In this document: one piece after another, positions 41,366 to 54,586 of the stretch
Layout: every line of letters begins with the position of its first letter
Position numbering within the stretch: the stretch's first letter is position 1
From: Eledone cirrhosa
Taxonomy: Eukaryota
Reading direction: 5' to 3'
Assembly: GCA_964016885.1 (NCBI GenBank)
Contig: OZ024741.1
Location: forward strand, 197,656,001-197,720,000
DNA length: 64,000 nucleotides
The notes under the pieces: generated by a model
Seen by the model: only the letters and a program-made list of their open reading frames with translations
The model's database searches: none
Told to the model about the DNA's origin: nothing
Translations under genes and position numbers: made by a program

Positions 41366-42403
41366 GCGTCCCACAATAGATCAAAGAATCAATAGTTTTG
41401 CCGTTTTACACGAGTCATTGAAAGTTAGGTGATACTAACTACAACACAAACCTATTTTACAGAACACAGAAAAAATTGATACTATTTGAAATTCATCTAC
41501 GTTGTATATTAATTTAGCTTTTTGAGGATAGTGTCATATTATTATTATTCACCTAATTCAGATGAAAGAGTGTCAACTTATCGATAGATTATAGAAATGA
41601 TCCTAAAGTCGCGATTGGCAGCATGGATATGTAGTTGTGGAGCGAGAAAGTGGAAAGGAGAAACACTTGGCATGTGTTGCTTAGGAGGAATGGTCAGATT
41701 TCCACTGATAGAGGACCCTCTAACTGTTATTCGTATACTGCTTACAGACCATACTAACAAAGATAAACACTTCAGGAGCAATGTTATGTGGTAAAATGCT
41801 GCACTTCAGATGACGTCCTTTGGAGCCGAAAAAGATCATACTGACTATGGTTATTTCACATTTAAAATCCAAGGACAATGCTACCATTTAATCGGTAGTT
41901 TACTCTGCCGGCCTAATGAGGAACCAAAATTCATTCAAGTTTACTTTTTGGGCAACAACGAACAAGCAGCTACTTAACGATGCAAAAATATTTCCGGTGG
42001 ATATTCCAGGAGGAACTGGTAAAACCTTCATGATAAATCTCATATTGGCAAAAGTAAGGCAGCGAAAGAAAATTGCTTTGGCTGTTGCATCAAGTGGTAT
42101 TGCTGCTACTTTACTTGATAGAGGCAAAACAGCACACTCAACGTTCAAGTTGCCATTGAATGTCATCAGAGAAGAGTCTCCTTCGTGCAATATTAAAAAG
42201 AACACACCAAAAGCAAAGCTTTTAGAGAAATGCTCCATGATCATATGGGATGAGGCCACAATGGTACATAGGAAGTTATTTGAGGCTCTGGACAATTCTT
42301 TAAGAGACATTTGAAGATGTAATGAAATCATGGGAGGAGTAACGATGCTGCTTGCTAGTGACTATCAACTGTTAACCCGGGTGAAGCCTGGTACCTCATC
42401 TCG
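41021..42403 (+). mobile_element. Internally deleted Helitron: Rep N-terminal piece joined to a PIF1 helicase piece
   Basis: 5' A|TC; CCLGG, QMTSFG, FKIQGQCYHLIGSL; PGGTGKTF, VASSGIAATLL, TAHSTFKLP, IIWDEATM; 3' hairpin-like cccgggtgaagcctgg then CTCG|T. Confidence 0.85.
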
Positions 42404-42411
42404 TATAAATA

Positions 42412-43305
42412 TCTATATATATAAAACTGAGGTTGTCTGTCTGTCTACTAAAACCGTCGGCACACATCTCCTCCTAAACCGTACGTTCAAATTTCGGTGA
42501 AATTGCTACACTTATAGATGAAGGTCCGGCGGAGACATCGGTAAAAAAAATGTTCAAATCGACCGACGCAAAGTGCAAAAATCGAATTTGTAATGTATTG
42601 ATTTTTCAGTTCAAATGTATAAATAGAGATGAGAGACGAGTTATTTCCCCATTATGGCGTCATTCTGTCTATCTATTTACGTTACGAATAAACGACGCGT
42701 GGAAAAGTACAAAAATATACAAAAAATTTTCGGGCCAGCAAAAGTTTAACCTGCAAAATTCATGAGTTCGAAGTTTCAACATTAAGCTTCCATTTTGTTT
42801 CATTTCCATTAAAAAGTCTTTTAAAACAATATTTTTACTTGAAAACAAGCCTATTTGAATACACCGTTAAACAAGCAAATATTTTGTAAAAAAAGGATTC
42901 ATCTCGAATAAAGCCTTATGAGATTTTCATTTAGAAGCAATGAATTTAAACGACAGACAGATAATGCATTTTTTTTTTGTTTTTCATGTCCATCCAATTT
43001 CTTTGTTTCAAAATAACTGATAGTTTGGTTACGCTGATGTTTTTCTCTGAGACAAGTGTTGCAGTGTTTACATTTTCGATTTGTTAATAGATTACCAGCA
43101 TCCTCTTTTGTTTTAACATTCGGGTTATGGTTATGTTTTCTTAACTTCATAAGGCATACAGTTAGTTGAGGGAATATTAATCAAAAGTACCACATGAAGG
43201 TCTACACAGTAGATTCTACAGTTTTTAAGCCAAGAAAGGAACTTAACATTGTAACTTTAACACAGCTACTGAGAGGCTCCGAGCAACGCCGGGCTTTACT
43301 GCTAG
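42412..43305 (+). mobile_element. Non-autonomous Helitron
   Basis: 5' A|TCTATATATATAAAAC..(GTCT)n; 3' ccgagcaacgccgggc hairpin then CTAG|T; no TSD. Confidence 0.8.
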
Positions 43306-43349
43306 TATAACATATAACTTAAGAATTTTCTCACTTTTCTATGAATTCA

Positions 43350-43381
<32 letters not shown>

Positions 43382-46300
43382 CAGTCAACGCGATCAGTCG
43401 CATATTTTGGCGTGGGAGACTATTTATTAAATTTAAGATGAATACTATCTCCGACAGTAATGCCACAACTACAGTCATGTTGAATAACTGGTTATTCTTC
43501 TAACTATATCTTCTGAAGACACCTTTTATTCGAATTCGTAGAGATATCCGACTAAATACATAATTCATTTTACAAGGATTTGCTACAAACAGCATGGCTG
43601 AACACAACATAAACAACAAAATTAAGGAAGTACCGAAGACAAATAACAAGGAAGGTAAACAAACTTTATTCAGTTGTAGCTACAGAAGAAACCGAAATTA
43701 TAAATCGCATTTCTCTTGGAGTTGCGAACTTAATAATGATTTATTTAATTGTTATATAATGTCAAAAAACAATCCCTCCATTGGCTATATGAACAGAATG
43801 AAGCTATACTGGGACGAAATACACCCAGAGCTAAATTATTTCACAGCGAAACAATTGCGCCAACAAGCGACGTTTGTTGAACGTAAAAATAAGATAAATA
43901 TTATTAATTGTAAGTCACCCACAACAAACATGTTATCAACAACACGTGCTACAGGTCGCCATGCTACTAGACTTCCTAGCAGCCAGGTCGAACAGTGCCT
44001 TGAGTCTACCTCGAATGCTGGGGAAAACACTATCGATAATAATAATAATCGAAGAAATAATAATAATAATAATGGAAGAAATTTGACACCACGTGTACCA
44101 TCCGAGTCTACCTCGACTGTTGTGGAAAATATTATCGATAATGATAATAATCAAAAGTATAAACAATTGAAATTTTCCCTCAACGAAATCTTCCAGAGAG
44201 AAATTAATTCATGTATTTGCAGAACGTATTAAAACGACAATGTTTAATAATAAAAAAACCAAATAATGAAATATTACGTGTTATTGACGAAATAGGGGAT
44301 GAATATTTACGACGGATAAAAGCCCCAACATTTTGGCAAATCAACGCTTGTTTATATGCCTTAGCAACGACAGTGAAGCATTATCTTGGTGATAGCAGAG
44401 ATATTAACAAGAACAGAACACTACCAAAAATACCATCATATATAAATAAAATAGAAAAAAAGATTGCTGACCTACGAAAAAACATAGGATATGTATGTGA
44501 CAATGCTCCTTACATGCAAACAAACACAAAAAAACCTCACTCCTCACCAACAAAGAGTGAAAAATAAAATAGAGACGATGTTTGGTAACAGTAGAACCAT
44601 AACTCTCCAATATAAGCTGATCACCCTCAAACAAGAATTGAGAGCTGCTACCGAAAAACGCCGATACCTGAAGAAGGTAGATGAGAGAAAAGTGCTTAAT
44701 AAAAGATTCAGACGAAACCAAACATCAGTCTATAGAGACATGAAGGGCAAAATAATAAGTGTCACTGAGGCCCCATCCCAGAAAGACATAGATTCCTTTT
44801 GGAGCAAAATATGGGGTGAAAAGAAGAATTTCAACCAAAATGCAGTGTGGCTCAGAGAAATCCGAAAGAACTATTGCTCCTACACTACAACACAAACATA
44901 GGAAATAAGTGAGGGTACCCTTGAGACTGTGATAGGAAAACTCCAAGATAAGAAAACACCAGGAAGAGACATGATTGTCGGCTACTGGTACAAAAAACTG
45001 ATATTTTATCGGATGGTTGACATTAGCGCAAACATTAGCCCAAGAACAAAGACACCCACTTGGCAAAAAACTACCGACCCATTGCATGCCAGAACCTGAT
45101 GTATAAGATGTATACATCTTGCCTGAACCTATTCCTCCAAGATTACTGTGAAAATAATATCATCACAGATGAACAAGCAGCTGGAAAGAAAGGGGTTTGG
45201 AGATGTGCTGAACAACTCCTAATAAACCAAACTGCGATGTCGGAGGTGCGACAACTTAGGAGGAATATGGCTACAGTTTGGCTGGACTACAAGAAAGCTT
45301 TCGATTCTGTTCCCCACTCTTGGATAATAGAGGCCCTCCAGCTTTCTAAAGTCCCAGACATTATTATCAGAGCCATAGAGAAGCTGTCTTCTTCTTGGTA
45401 TACTATCCTAAGGTTAAAGACAGAGAAGGAGGACTCTATTTTCACTGATGAAACAAAATATCGCAGGGGTATATTTCAGGGAGACAGTCACTCTGTGATA
45501 TTATTCATCCTGTCATTAAACCCCTTGTCCTTTCTGCTCAAGAAATGCGAAGGATACATCATTGGCTCACAGAAGGACAGAAATACGAACCTAACCCATA
45601 ATTTCTTTGTGGATGATCTGAAACTCTATGCCAAGAACATGGATGGGATGAAGCAAAATATTGACCTGGTTACAACGTTCTCAAAGGATATAGGAATGGA
45701 GTTTGGCCAAGATAAATGCTCATATATCACTGTAATGCGGGGAAAACAACAACCCAATCTAGCAACATTGTCCTCAATGGCCTAACTGTTTCACCGATAT
45801 CTGATGAGGACTGCTACAGATACCTGGGGATAGATGAGAACATGTCCTATAATGGTATCTGTAATAAGGAACGTGTAACCAGGGAATACTACACCCGATT
45901 AAGAAAGATTTGGTCATCGGAACTCTCTGCGCAAAACAAAACAGTGGCTCACAATGTGTTTGCTGTGCCTGTCCTAACACCAACGTTTGGAATACTCAAT
46001 TGGACGATAGACGAAATCCGGGCAGTTGATGTTAGAACTCGAAAAATACTAAACAACACCGGAAACTTCCACATCAACAGTGACATAGACCGCCTTTACT
46101 TGAAACGTAAGCAGAGAGGCAGAGGCCTAACATCAGTCCAGACAGCATTTGAATGTCGCATCATATCCCTCCGACAACATCTACGAACCTCGAAGCGTAG
46201 AGGCTCGTCTCTCGAGCAAGTCCATCTGCACAAAACAGATAAGATCATGAGAGTTGAGGAGTTCCTTCCCAACTCTCAGATATATTCTCTGTGTGATAAT

Positions 46301-46580
46301 CAAAAACTCACACCCAGGGAAGTCGCTCAGCAGTATCGCAGTGAATCCATGGATGAAAAACTGCATGCTTATCAGCAAAAAATCATGCATGGATATGTTG
46401 CCAGGAAGCTCCAGTGTGAAAGTAATATAGATAAGGAAAGTAGTCTATCTTGGACCAACAACCGCTATATTGGCTCCCACTTTGAAGGATACGCTTTTGC
46501 AATCCAAGAACAGGAGATTAACACGAAATACCTGATTCACAAAAGAGATAGGGATGCAGGCAAAACACCTAGATGCTCAC
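43382..46580 (+). mobile_element. R4/Dong-like (RLE-type) non-LTR retrotransposon, frameshifted, lacking the CCHC/RLE end
   Basis: NYRPIAC, WLDYKKAFDSVPHSWI, RGIFQGDS, FVDDLKLY, DIGMEFGQDKC, YRYLGI, DIDRLY..RGL, AIQEQEI; starts at a (TACA)n tract. Confidence 0.88.
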
Positions 46581-46911
46581 AGGAACAGAAAGAACACAAC
46601 TAGTTAGGAAATTACAAGTACAATCCATTAATGGAACAGTAAAGATATGGAAAACATTCCAAAAATGTTGCATCTAATAACTGCATATACACGTGTACAG
46701 ATACAAAGCATATACACATGCACACATACAACGCAAAACATACACATCCATACATACATTAACATCCATATCTACACATGCAGGGATGCATACATATCTA
46801 CCTAGTTGATGTTGTGTAAATTCCAATGAGAGAGTCTTGTGTCTATGTTAGAAACCGACTCTCTCTCTATTGGTAAACATTTGTGAAACCAGAAGAACAT
46901 ACATATATATA

Positions 46912-47331
46912 TATTGTTATACTTAGGGAGGGTCATATTGTTATAATATTGTTAAAAATACAGATATAAATATATATACATAGTCTATCAAAGTCCTTTC
47001 GTCACACATCTGTGACATCATCAGTGGTACTATTATGTTTTCTCCCGTTGTATTGTAATGCCTACGCCATTTTTATTTAATTATTTATTTATTTAATCTT
47101 GTCTCTGTCTCTGTATTTTTAACCGTCAATCAATGATAAACATTGATTGCAAAATAAATTAATAAACTATGGAGATATAAAAGATACAGAAGCGAAATCC
47201 AACCCAAACCAAACAGTGAGTTTGTTCAGTTATTATTTCTGGCAATATTATATTATAACTATATGACCCTCCCCAAGTATAACAATATTTGTTTCGACAC
47301 ACGATTTCATATCAAAAACCATATCAAAATG

Positions 47332-47335
<4 letters not shown>
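46912..47335. mobile_element. Short foldback PLE-like element (46912-46960 / 47232-47288, plus tail) between TA tracts
   Basis: atattgttatacttagggagggtcata vs tatgaccctccccaagtataacaatat. Confidence 0.7.
46986..47029 (-). ncRNA. Type I minimal hammerhead
   Basis: tacca-CTGATGA-tgtcac-agatgt-gtgac-GAAA-ggac-TT-tgata. Confidence 0.68.
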
Positions 47336-47395
<60 letters not shown>

Positions 47396-48272
47396 CACAC
47401 GGCGTATTATTATTGTGGATAATTTCGATTTGTGCTGCTAGCATCAGTGACATTTAAAATTCAGTAATCTATTTTCCTCTCTCTCTGGAAAAAAATTGAT
47501 TGTGGCATATCTACCGATGGGATGGTGTTCGACAGATTTTAAAATGCCTAAAACATGCCGTATGTCACTACGATTCCATCAGGATTTACTGATTTAATGG
47601 TCAAAGATAAGAAGAAAAGACACATCTATCTTCTATCTTCTATATTCCATGGTAGTTTTCGTTAGCTATAAGCTTTATTTAAACGAGAAATTATATTATT
47701 TCTAGTTGGTACCAGATTGACTGAACACTCTGAGGTGTAACGTCTGCATACAGACATACTTTGTAATTATATCTCCAAACAGTTGACTAAAGAAGACATT
47801 CACTGCAGTCTAACTTCAAGTGTTATTTCAATTGAACAGTTGTCCCATTTTTATATTCATGCAATTGTCAACATAAGTACAATTTTTACACTTTAGCGTA
47901 TATATTTTCATATATGTATATATCATATGTTGTTTTGCTTTTCATATTGCTTTGTTTAATATATTTTTATCTACATATCTCTACATAGTACCCCTCACTC
48001 CACTTTTCAAACAACAGTTATATTTTCTTGTTATTCTATGTCAACCACACAGCGGTCCCTATGGATTTCAAACATTTTATTGTATGTTCTTTACAAACCG
48101 TGAATTAGCAGAGTCATTAGGGTGACGGATTAAAAGTACGTCGACATTTGTTTCGGCTTACTGCACTCTGAGTTCAAATCCCGTCAATATTAACTTAGCT
48201 TTTAGTCCTTTCGGTCGATGCTTTGACTCCCACTCTCTCTCTCTCTCTACCTCTCTCTCCCATATATATATA

Positions 48273-48672
48273 TACGATATTAACAAATGGAAACTATATT
48301 TATAAAACCATATCTATTTTATTATACATATTTCAAGGATACCATGTTAAATTATGGTATCCTTTCATCAGACAAAATACAATATATACCAGTTTTATAA
48401 ATAAATTTTGACATACCCTTTCAAAATGCAACCGTTACTTTTGGAAGACATCAGGATATTGGATTTGTTTATCTTAGTAAGTCATTTATTTATAAAACTG
48501 GTATATATTGTATTTTGTCCTTGAAATATGTATAATAAAATAGATATGGTTTTATAAATATAGTTTCCATTTGTTAATATCGTATATTTACTCCAAATAC
48601 TTGTCGAGTGCTTTATATCAGTTATAAAAATATTTGCTTGTTGTATCCCAACAATTTAAATAGAACTTTTGA
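48273..48672. mobile_element. Non-coding foldback PLE-like element, same family as 16224-17018
   Basis: 48273-48408 is the inverse of 48484-48585; the right arm has a tail and lacks the ribozyme core. Confidence 0.8.
48315..48379 (-). ncRNA. Type I hammerhead ribozyme
   Basis: tattttgt-CTGATGA-aaggatacca..tggtatcctt-GAAA-tatgta-TA-ataaaata. Confidence 0.85.
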
Positions 48673-48673
48673 A

Positions 48674-48714
<41 letters not shown>

Positions 48715-49559
48715 GTCCTTCTTTCGAAAACATCGGCTGCGTTCCGACCTGGAGTGAGATAGACTACCCCCTGTTCATGATGTCCAAGACACGTCGTATG
48801 TCTTGGCGACGCCCCTGCGACTCAACCAGAAGTTAAAGGAACTTTACCTCTGTCAATTTTTAGGTTCCATGTTTTATAATCGTTTCGGAAATCGAGGCAA
48901 GAAACTAAAAAAAAAAGTTAGTTTCCAATAAATTATATCACTATACTTTCAGTATTAAATATCCACTGTTCTTCATATTCACACCTACGTATTTACATCA
49001 ATAGTGAATTAGATTGAATTCATCCATATGCACACATAATTTTAAAAATATACACGCATTAATTGTATGTTGGTCAAATATTATGCAGTCTTTTATTCAC
49101 AACACCATTCTAAGAATCTATGAAATCGTGGATCTCCTAGCAACGTTTTTCGAAACGAGAAAAATATGAGATTCATCTTATATCGAATATAATTATTTAA
49201 TAGATGATTTAATATGTTCGCTAATTATATACACATACATACATAGTGGCTGCCAACTCGTTTTCGAGTACGGCCACTACTTTATATCCATGTAGGAGAA
49301 CCCCTACCGATACGCTGAACGAGTGTGACTTTTTAGTCCAGCCAGCGACTTGAAAACTCTGGTACTAACACTACACTTGTGACAATTATTGACACATAGT
49401 GCTGGGCCCATGGTACCATGTGACGACAAGTGCAGAGAGATCTCCAGATATAAAGCAATGCCTGTGCCGTGAAGCTTTTATAGTGAGCACAGGCACTGCA
49501 CAAAGCCAGTCCCACTCTCTTGACCAAGATGATATTTACCAAAAAGAAGAACAAGTCAA

Positions 49560-49850
49560 CATCATTGGATATCATCAGGGCTGCAGGTGTTATATCAGAG
49601 TTTTCCTTCTCCTAGAATTCTGCCTTGACAAAGGCTAAGGGGTCATCTCTACCGGTGATTTTGGATGGCCATTGACTCTTTAGAACTCCTTTGCCCTTTG
49701 ACAGGTTTTGTTTTTAGTCCTGCAGGATGTCCAGTCACCCTCCTTACCAAGAAACCTTGGTGGGGTTGCCAGTTTAGTCGCCAACGACCCGACCATGAGA
49801 CAGGTTGTAATGGGATACATATTACCAGTAGCACCAACTGGTGACCTGAC
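49560..49850 (-). mobile_element. Repeat resembling an RTE 5' UTR, starting in (TGTA)n; related copy at 52190-52500 (+)
   Basis: Shared ggcaaccccaccaag..ggagggtga..ggaca.cctgc..aaagggc..gagtcaa.ggccatcca..ggaaactctga. Confidence 0.6.
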
Positions 49851-49908
49851 ATACATACATACATACATAAAATACATACATACATACATACATACATACA
49901 TACATACA

Positions 49909-49944
<36 letters not shown>

Positions 49945-49949
49945 GTCTA

Positions 49950-51235
49950 GCCAGCCTAAACTTTCACAAGGCTAACTAGAAAAGGATCCAGGAAGAAATA
50001 CTGAAGCAAAATTGGATCGAATCGACAACATCACAACACAAGACCCCAACGCGCAATTTCAACAATACAAACCATATGCCATACCTTTTTCCAGGGAAAA
50101 AAGGCCAACAGGAAAATACTTATGAGACGAAGAACGAAGATCTTAAATATGTTAAGTGCACAACAGAAGGACAAGAAGGAACCCTACCTGAAACAGGCAC
50201 TGCTTGAAATTGAAACTACACCCAAATTTTCCCATGAGAAGGTAAGGGTAGAGAGAAAAGCCAGAGCCATAGAAAATATTTAAAAAAATCTAACGTCTTT
50301 TTTAAATTTGCAAAAGAGATTGCGTTGGTACACTGCAAGATGGAGCCACTTTTCCATAAAAATGGCTCGTTGACCGAGTGAAGCAACTGCTGGAGAGCTC
50401 AAATGTGAACGTGATATTTCTTGACTTTGCGAAGGCCTTTGACTATAGAATGATATGTCACAAACTACACAGATTCGGCATGACTGGAAAGGTAGCTGAG
50501 TGGCAGCATAACTTCTTAAAAAACAGAAACCAGACTGTTACAACCAATGGGACACTCTCAAAAGAACATCAATAAAAAGCGGGGTTCTTGCGACAACTAC
50601 TGTTTTTGGTGGCTCTTTCAGGCAAGCCCTCTATAGTACATACAAGATCCCTCACTAGCCTCGCTGATGACATAAAGGTAGCACAGACAATCAAGAACCT
50701 GGCTGATGGTAGTCTTTTGCAACAAGATATGAATGCCATATAGAAATGGTTTGAGGACAACAACATGGAATTCAATGCTGGAAACTTTCAAGCCTTACGA
50801 TATTAACCTGATAACACAGGGACTGTACAAAACAGCTACACTAGACCAGGATGGATTGAAATCCCCGTATCGAAATCGATACGAGACCTGGGGATATAAA
50901 TTATCGACGATGTCTCGTTTCATTCACTCATCATGAAAATTGCAACAATGTGCACATGACTCACTAGCTGAATCTTGAGGACTTTCAAGGCAAGAGACAG
51001 AGAAACCCTGTTGGTACTATGGAGGACATTTGTCCTACACCGACTGGACTATTGTTCCCAGCTGTTGTCACCCCATAGTGCCAAACTAAGCAATCCAATG
51101 GAGCTACATCACGAGGATTGCCACAATAAAGATGAGCTACTGGAAGAGGCTATGAAGAATAAAATTCTATTCCTTGGAACGAATGCGGGAAAGGTTCTCA
51201 GTAATTTACATATGGAAGATCCTGGAGAGATTAGT
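49950..51235 (+). mobile_element. Decayed CR1/L2-clade LINE RT fragment
   Basis: VIFLDFAKAFD, NFLKNRNQTV, LADDIK, WFEDNNMEFN, RDLGI, LRTFK..RLDYCSQL. Confidence 0.82.
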
Positions 51236-51239
51236 ACTA

Positions 51240-51394
51240 ATGACCCAGAAACATGTCAATTGTTCCTCAAAGCCAGCGTTCAACAAACAGGTGACGATTG
51301 ATCACCGGCACGGCACAGCTTCAAATCGGGCCGTTTGTTTACAAACGAATCGAACATTATTATTAATGTTCGATATAACCTATACGTACATATG

Positions 51395-51442
<48 letters not shown>

Positions 51443-52112
51443 TGTATGTATGTATGTGTGTGTGTGTGTGTGTGCGCGCGTGTGCATATACATGTGTGTG
51501 TGTACGTGTGTATACTTATATTCATGTATCAGCTGTGTTAGGGAGAGAAATAAAATTCTAATTTTATCTTTAATATTCGGCAAAGCCAGCCGTAACTCGC
51601 TCGGTATGCAAATGAGGCTACTCAGCCGATGTATACTTAAGAAAATACTATATATTTTCAACCTTTCAACACATTGGCAGAGGTATACAGCCCTGATGAA
51701 GGGTCATGACCCAGAAACATGTTGATTGTACCTCAAAGCCAGTGTTGTACAAACAAGTGACGATCGGTCACCGGCACAGCTTCAAATCGTTTACAGTATC
51801 GTTATAGGTAGAGGGTCGGACGGCATGCTTTCTAGCATAGTTACGTCCCTTTATGGTTTGAGTTCAAATCCCGCCGAGGTTATCTTTGCCTTTTATCCTT
51901 ACGAGGTCGATAAAATAAAGTACCAGTAATGTACTGGATAATTGCTGGCCTTGTGCCCAAAGTAGAAACAATTATTAATGTTCAATATAACCCACACGTA
52001 CGTATGTATGTGTATGTATGTGTATGTATGTATATATGTTTATTTGTGTATGTACGTGTGCATACTTACATTTATGTATCAGCAGTGCTAGAGCGAGAAA
52101 TAAAATTCTAAA
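51240..52112 (+). mobile_element. Tandem ~466-bp non-coding units with a hammerhead at the junction; SINE inserted in unit 2 (~51795-51975)
   Basis: atgacccagaaacatg at 51240 and 51706; the units align downstream to gagagaaataaaattctaa. Confidence 0.75.
51686..51730 (+). ncRNA. Type I minimal hammerhead
   Basis: tacagcc-CTGATGA-agggtcatgaccca-GAAA-catg-TT-gattgta; stems II and III are palindromic. Confidence 0.72.
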
Positions 52113-52128
52113 TTTATATATATATATA

Positions 52129-52194
<66 letters not shown>

Positions 52195-52802
52195 AAGGCT
52201 AAAGACTATGGGATTTACACCTAGGTTCCCCTTTGAGACACATTGTGGGCAAGGTTGTAAACCGGCAACCCCACCAAGCTTGCTTGGTGAGGAGGGTGAT
52301 ATTTGGACACCCTGCGGGATGAAATACAGGACCGGGCAAAGGGCGGAGGAACTTAGCAGAGTCAACGGCCATCCAAATAGTACTTGTTTTTCCACCTGGC
52401 AGTGAAAGGCCCCCAGTTGTTGTTACAACACCTTTCTAAGAGAGGGAAACTCTGAAAAAAAAACCTGCGGCTTCGGGAGCATCCGATGATGTTGACAGGT
52501 TTTCCTTTGTGAGTAGTGTTTTAGTGTTTATGATGTTCAAAGAGTGGGATTAGTCGAGTGCAAGGTCTTTCCCCACTTAAAAAACCTTCAAAGCAAAGGC
52601 ATTGCTTGTTCAGGATCTGTTACAAGCGATTGCAATACTCTTAGCAGAGTTTGCAGCCATCATGTATGTATAAAATATGTATATATATATATATATATAG
52701 GGAGTGTAACTTGGAGTTACTGTAGGTTCACCCGGGTGAGCACTCGATGTTTAGGTTCACTTCTGTGTTGAGGTGTAGAGCTATACAGAGTGTATTATAT
52801 TT

Positions 52803-53271
52803 AAAAGATAACAAGGACGATTGGTTACTCCTTCATTACATTTATTGGTAGGTGACGCGCGTTTTGCCACTGATCAGCTCAAGGTTCGATCTGTATCGAT
52901 CTTAATCAACCACAAATATACGCCAATCTGTCTACCGACAATCCACCACCCCCACAACACAACCCATCATAGCCTGCGACCGTCACCACCATCTTATCAT
53001 CACATCCACCCCACATACACTACAGGCGAAAACGTCCCCATGATCTATTCCACCAATCAAAACAAGCCTTATTGACCAACATATGAACTTCTGACTTTAT
53101 CGTATAGCATGTATTCATTTTCTACTAGCATTTTAAGGGGTCCGTCGAGCTGTGGACTATCGAGTCGGGTAAGATCGATACAGATCGAACCTTGAGCTGA
53201 TCAGTGGCGAAACGCGCGTCACCTACCAATAAATGTAATGAAGGAGTAACCAATCGTCCTTGTTATCTTTT
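52803..53271. repeat. ~100-bp inverted repeat (52803-52904 / 53170-53271) with the hammerhead 3' half GAAACGCGCGTC
   Basis: Arms directly visible; motif at 53209-53220; (TA)n on the right, a short TA run on the left. Confidence 0.8.
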
Positions 53272-53273
53272 CA

Positions 53274-53335
<62 letters not shown>

Positions 53336-53637
53336 TTGAGGAATAGATTTACGTCCCAGACCAACGCCTCAGATACATTTTTCATGTACTACTTAAGGGT
53401 GAAAGTAGGGAATGAGAGGGTGGTAGAGACCTCCAGTAAATTTTGTGAAAAATGAGTGAGAGTAGCGAACTTGTTTCAGCTTACATTAATTATGTGGCTA
53501 GTGGCTGGTGGCAAGGCCTAGCAACAGCATATTCTAACTTTGTACATAGGACCCCACGAATCATCCTATATAATTGTTTCCACATTTTGAGAACCCTTTT
53601 TTCTACTAATATTTTTTATTATCATCTGTCTTTATAA

Positions 53638-53860
53638 AGTGGTGGACTGGCAGTATCGTTAGAATATCGAACAATATACTTTGCAGCATATGGTTACGTC
53701 CATTTATGTTCTTAGTTCAAATCCCGCTGAGGTGAGCTTTGTCTTTCATCCTGATCGGGTGGATAAAATAAAGTGACAGTAATGTACTGGGATCAATTTA
53801 ATCTGCTTTCCGCTTCCTTTCTAATTGCTGGTCTTGTACCAAAAATATAAACAATTATTA
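53638..53860 (+). mobile_element. SINE, older subfamily
   Basis: tggcagtatcg..agttcaaatcccgctgagg..ctttcatcc..gctggtcttgtacc. Confidence 0.8.
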
Positions 53861-53879
53861 GTCATATTTTCATTGCATG

Positions 53880-54290
53880 ACAGGGAACAGCTCTGTGTGC
53901 CTTGAGTATGTACAGGCTGTTTTTAGTATTGTTTCTCTTGTATTTAGAGTACTCTACATATGTGTGAAGTGCTTAATACTGCTATTTTCTGTATGTTTTT
54001 GTAAGTTCAAGGTTTCTTTGGTTATGTACTTATTTATGTGTTGTTTATCATTCCAAGAGCACCTTTTTTATAAGGATTATTTCTGTTTACATCATCCAAT
54101 TCAGGGTATTTCTCTCTGTAGATTTTTGTTTCCTCCATTTCTTTGAGAGATGCGTGGTCATCTGTGGGGACTGATACATTAACTTCTTTGTGACCAGTGA
54201 CGCATCTGATCGATTGGTTTTTATCTCCCTGTCTGTGTGCATTGGCATCTCCTAGAGGATTGTTGCCAGAATTGCACGCTTAGTGAAGAA
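53880..54290 (-). mobile_element. R4/Dong-like RLE 3' remnant
   Basis: Minus strand MPMHTDREIKTNR and QKIAVLSTSHICRVL. Confidence 0.6.
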
Positions 54291-54359
54291 AACAGTCACT
54301 AATGATTTTATTACTGAATCCCCACCTCTAAAACTGTACTTTGAACTTAGGAAACAACC

Positions 54360-54545
54360 AGAACAATACACCAACAAAACATAGCATTAAAAACAACTTC
54401 TAGTACAACCAGAAAAAAAACAAAAGTCAAAACACCTCCCCTGCCACCATCAACACCGCCAACAGCACAACAAGCGTAAACATTGCCATAGCCGGTGTCA
54501 CTGATATTAGAGATGAAAACGCTGCTGCTGCTGCTGCTGCTGCTG

Positions 54546-54586
<41 letters not shown>

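Noticed and set aside
43382-43480. HDV-like ribozyme at the 5' end of the R4-like element
   Set aside because: Only a nested hairpin (tggcgt/atgcca, ggaga/tctcc) was found; no pseudoknot could be built
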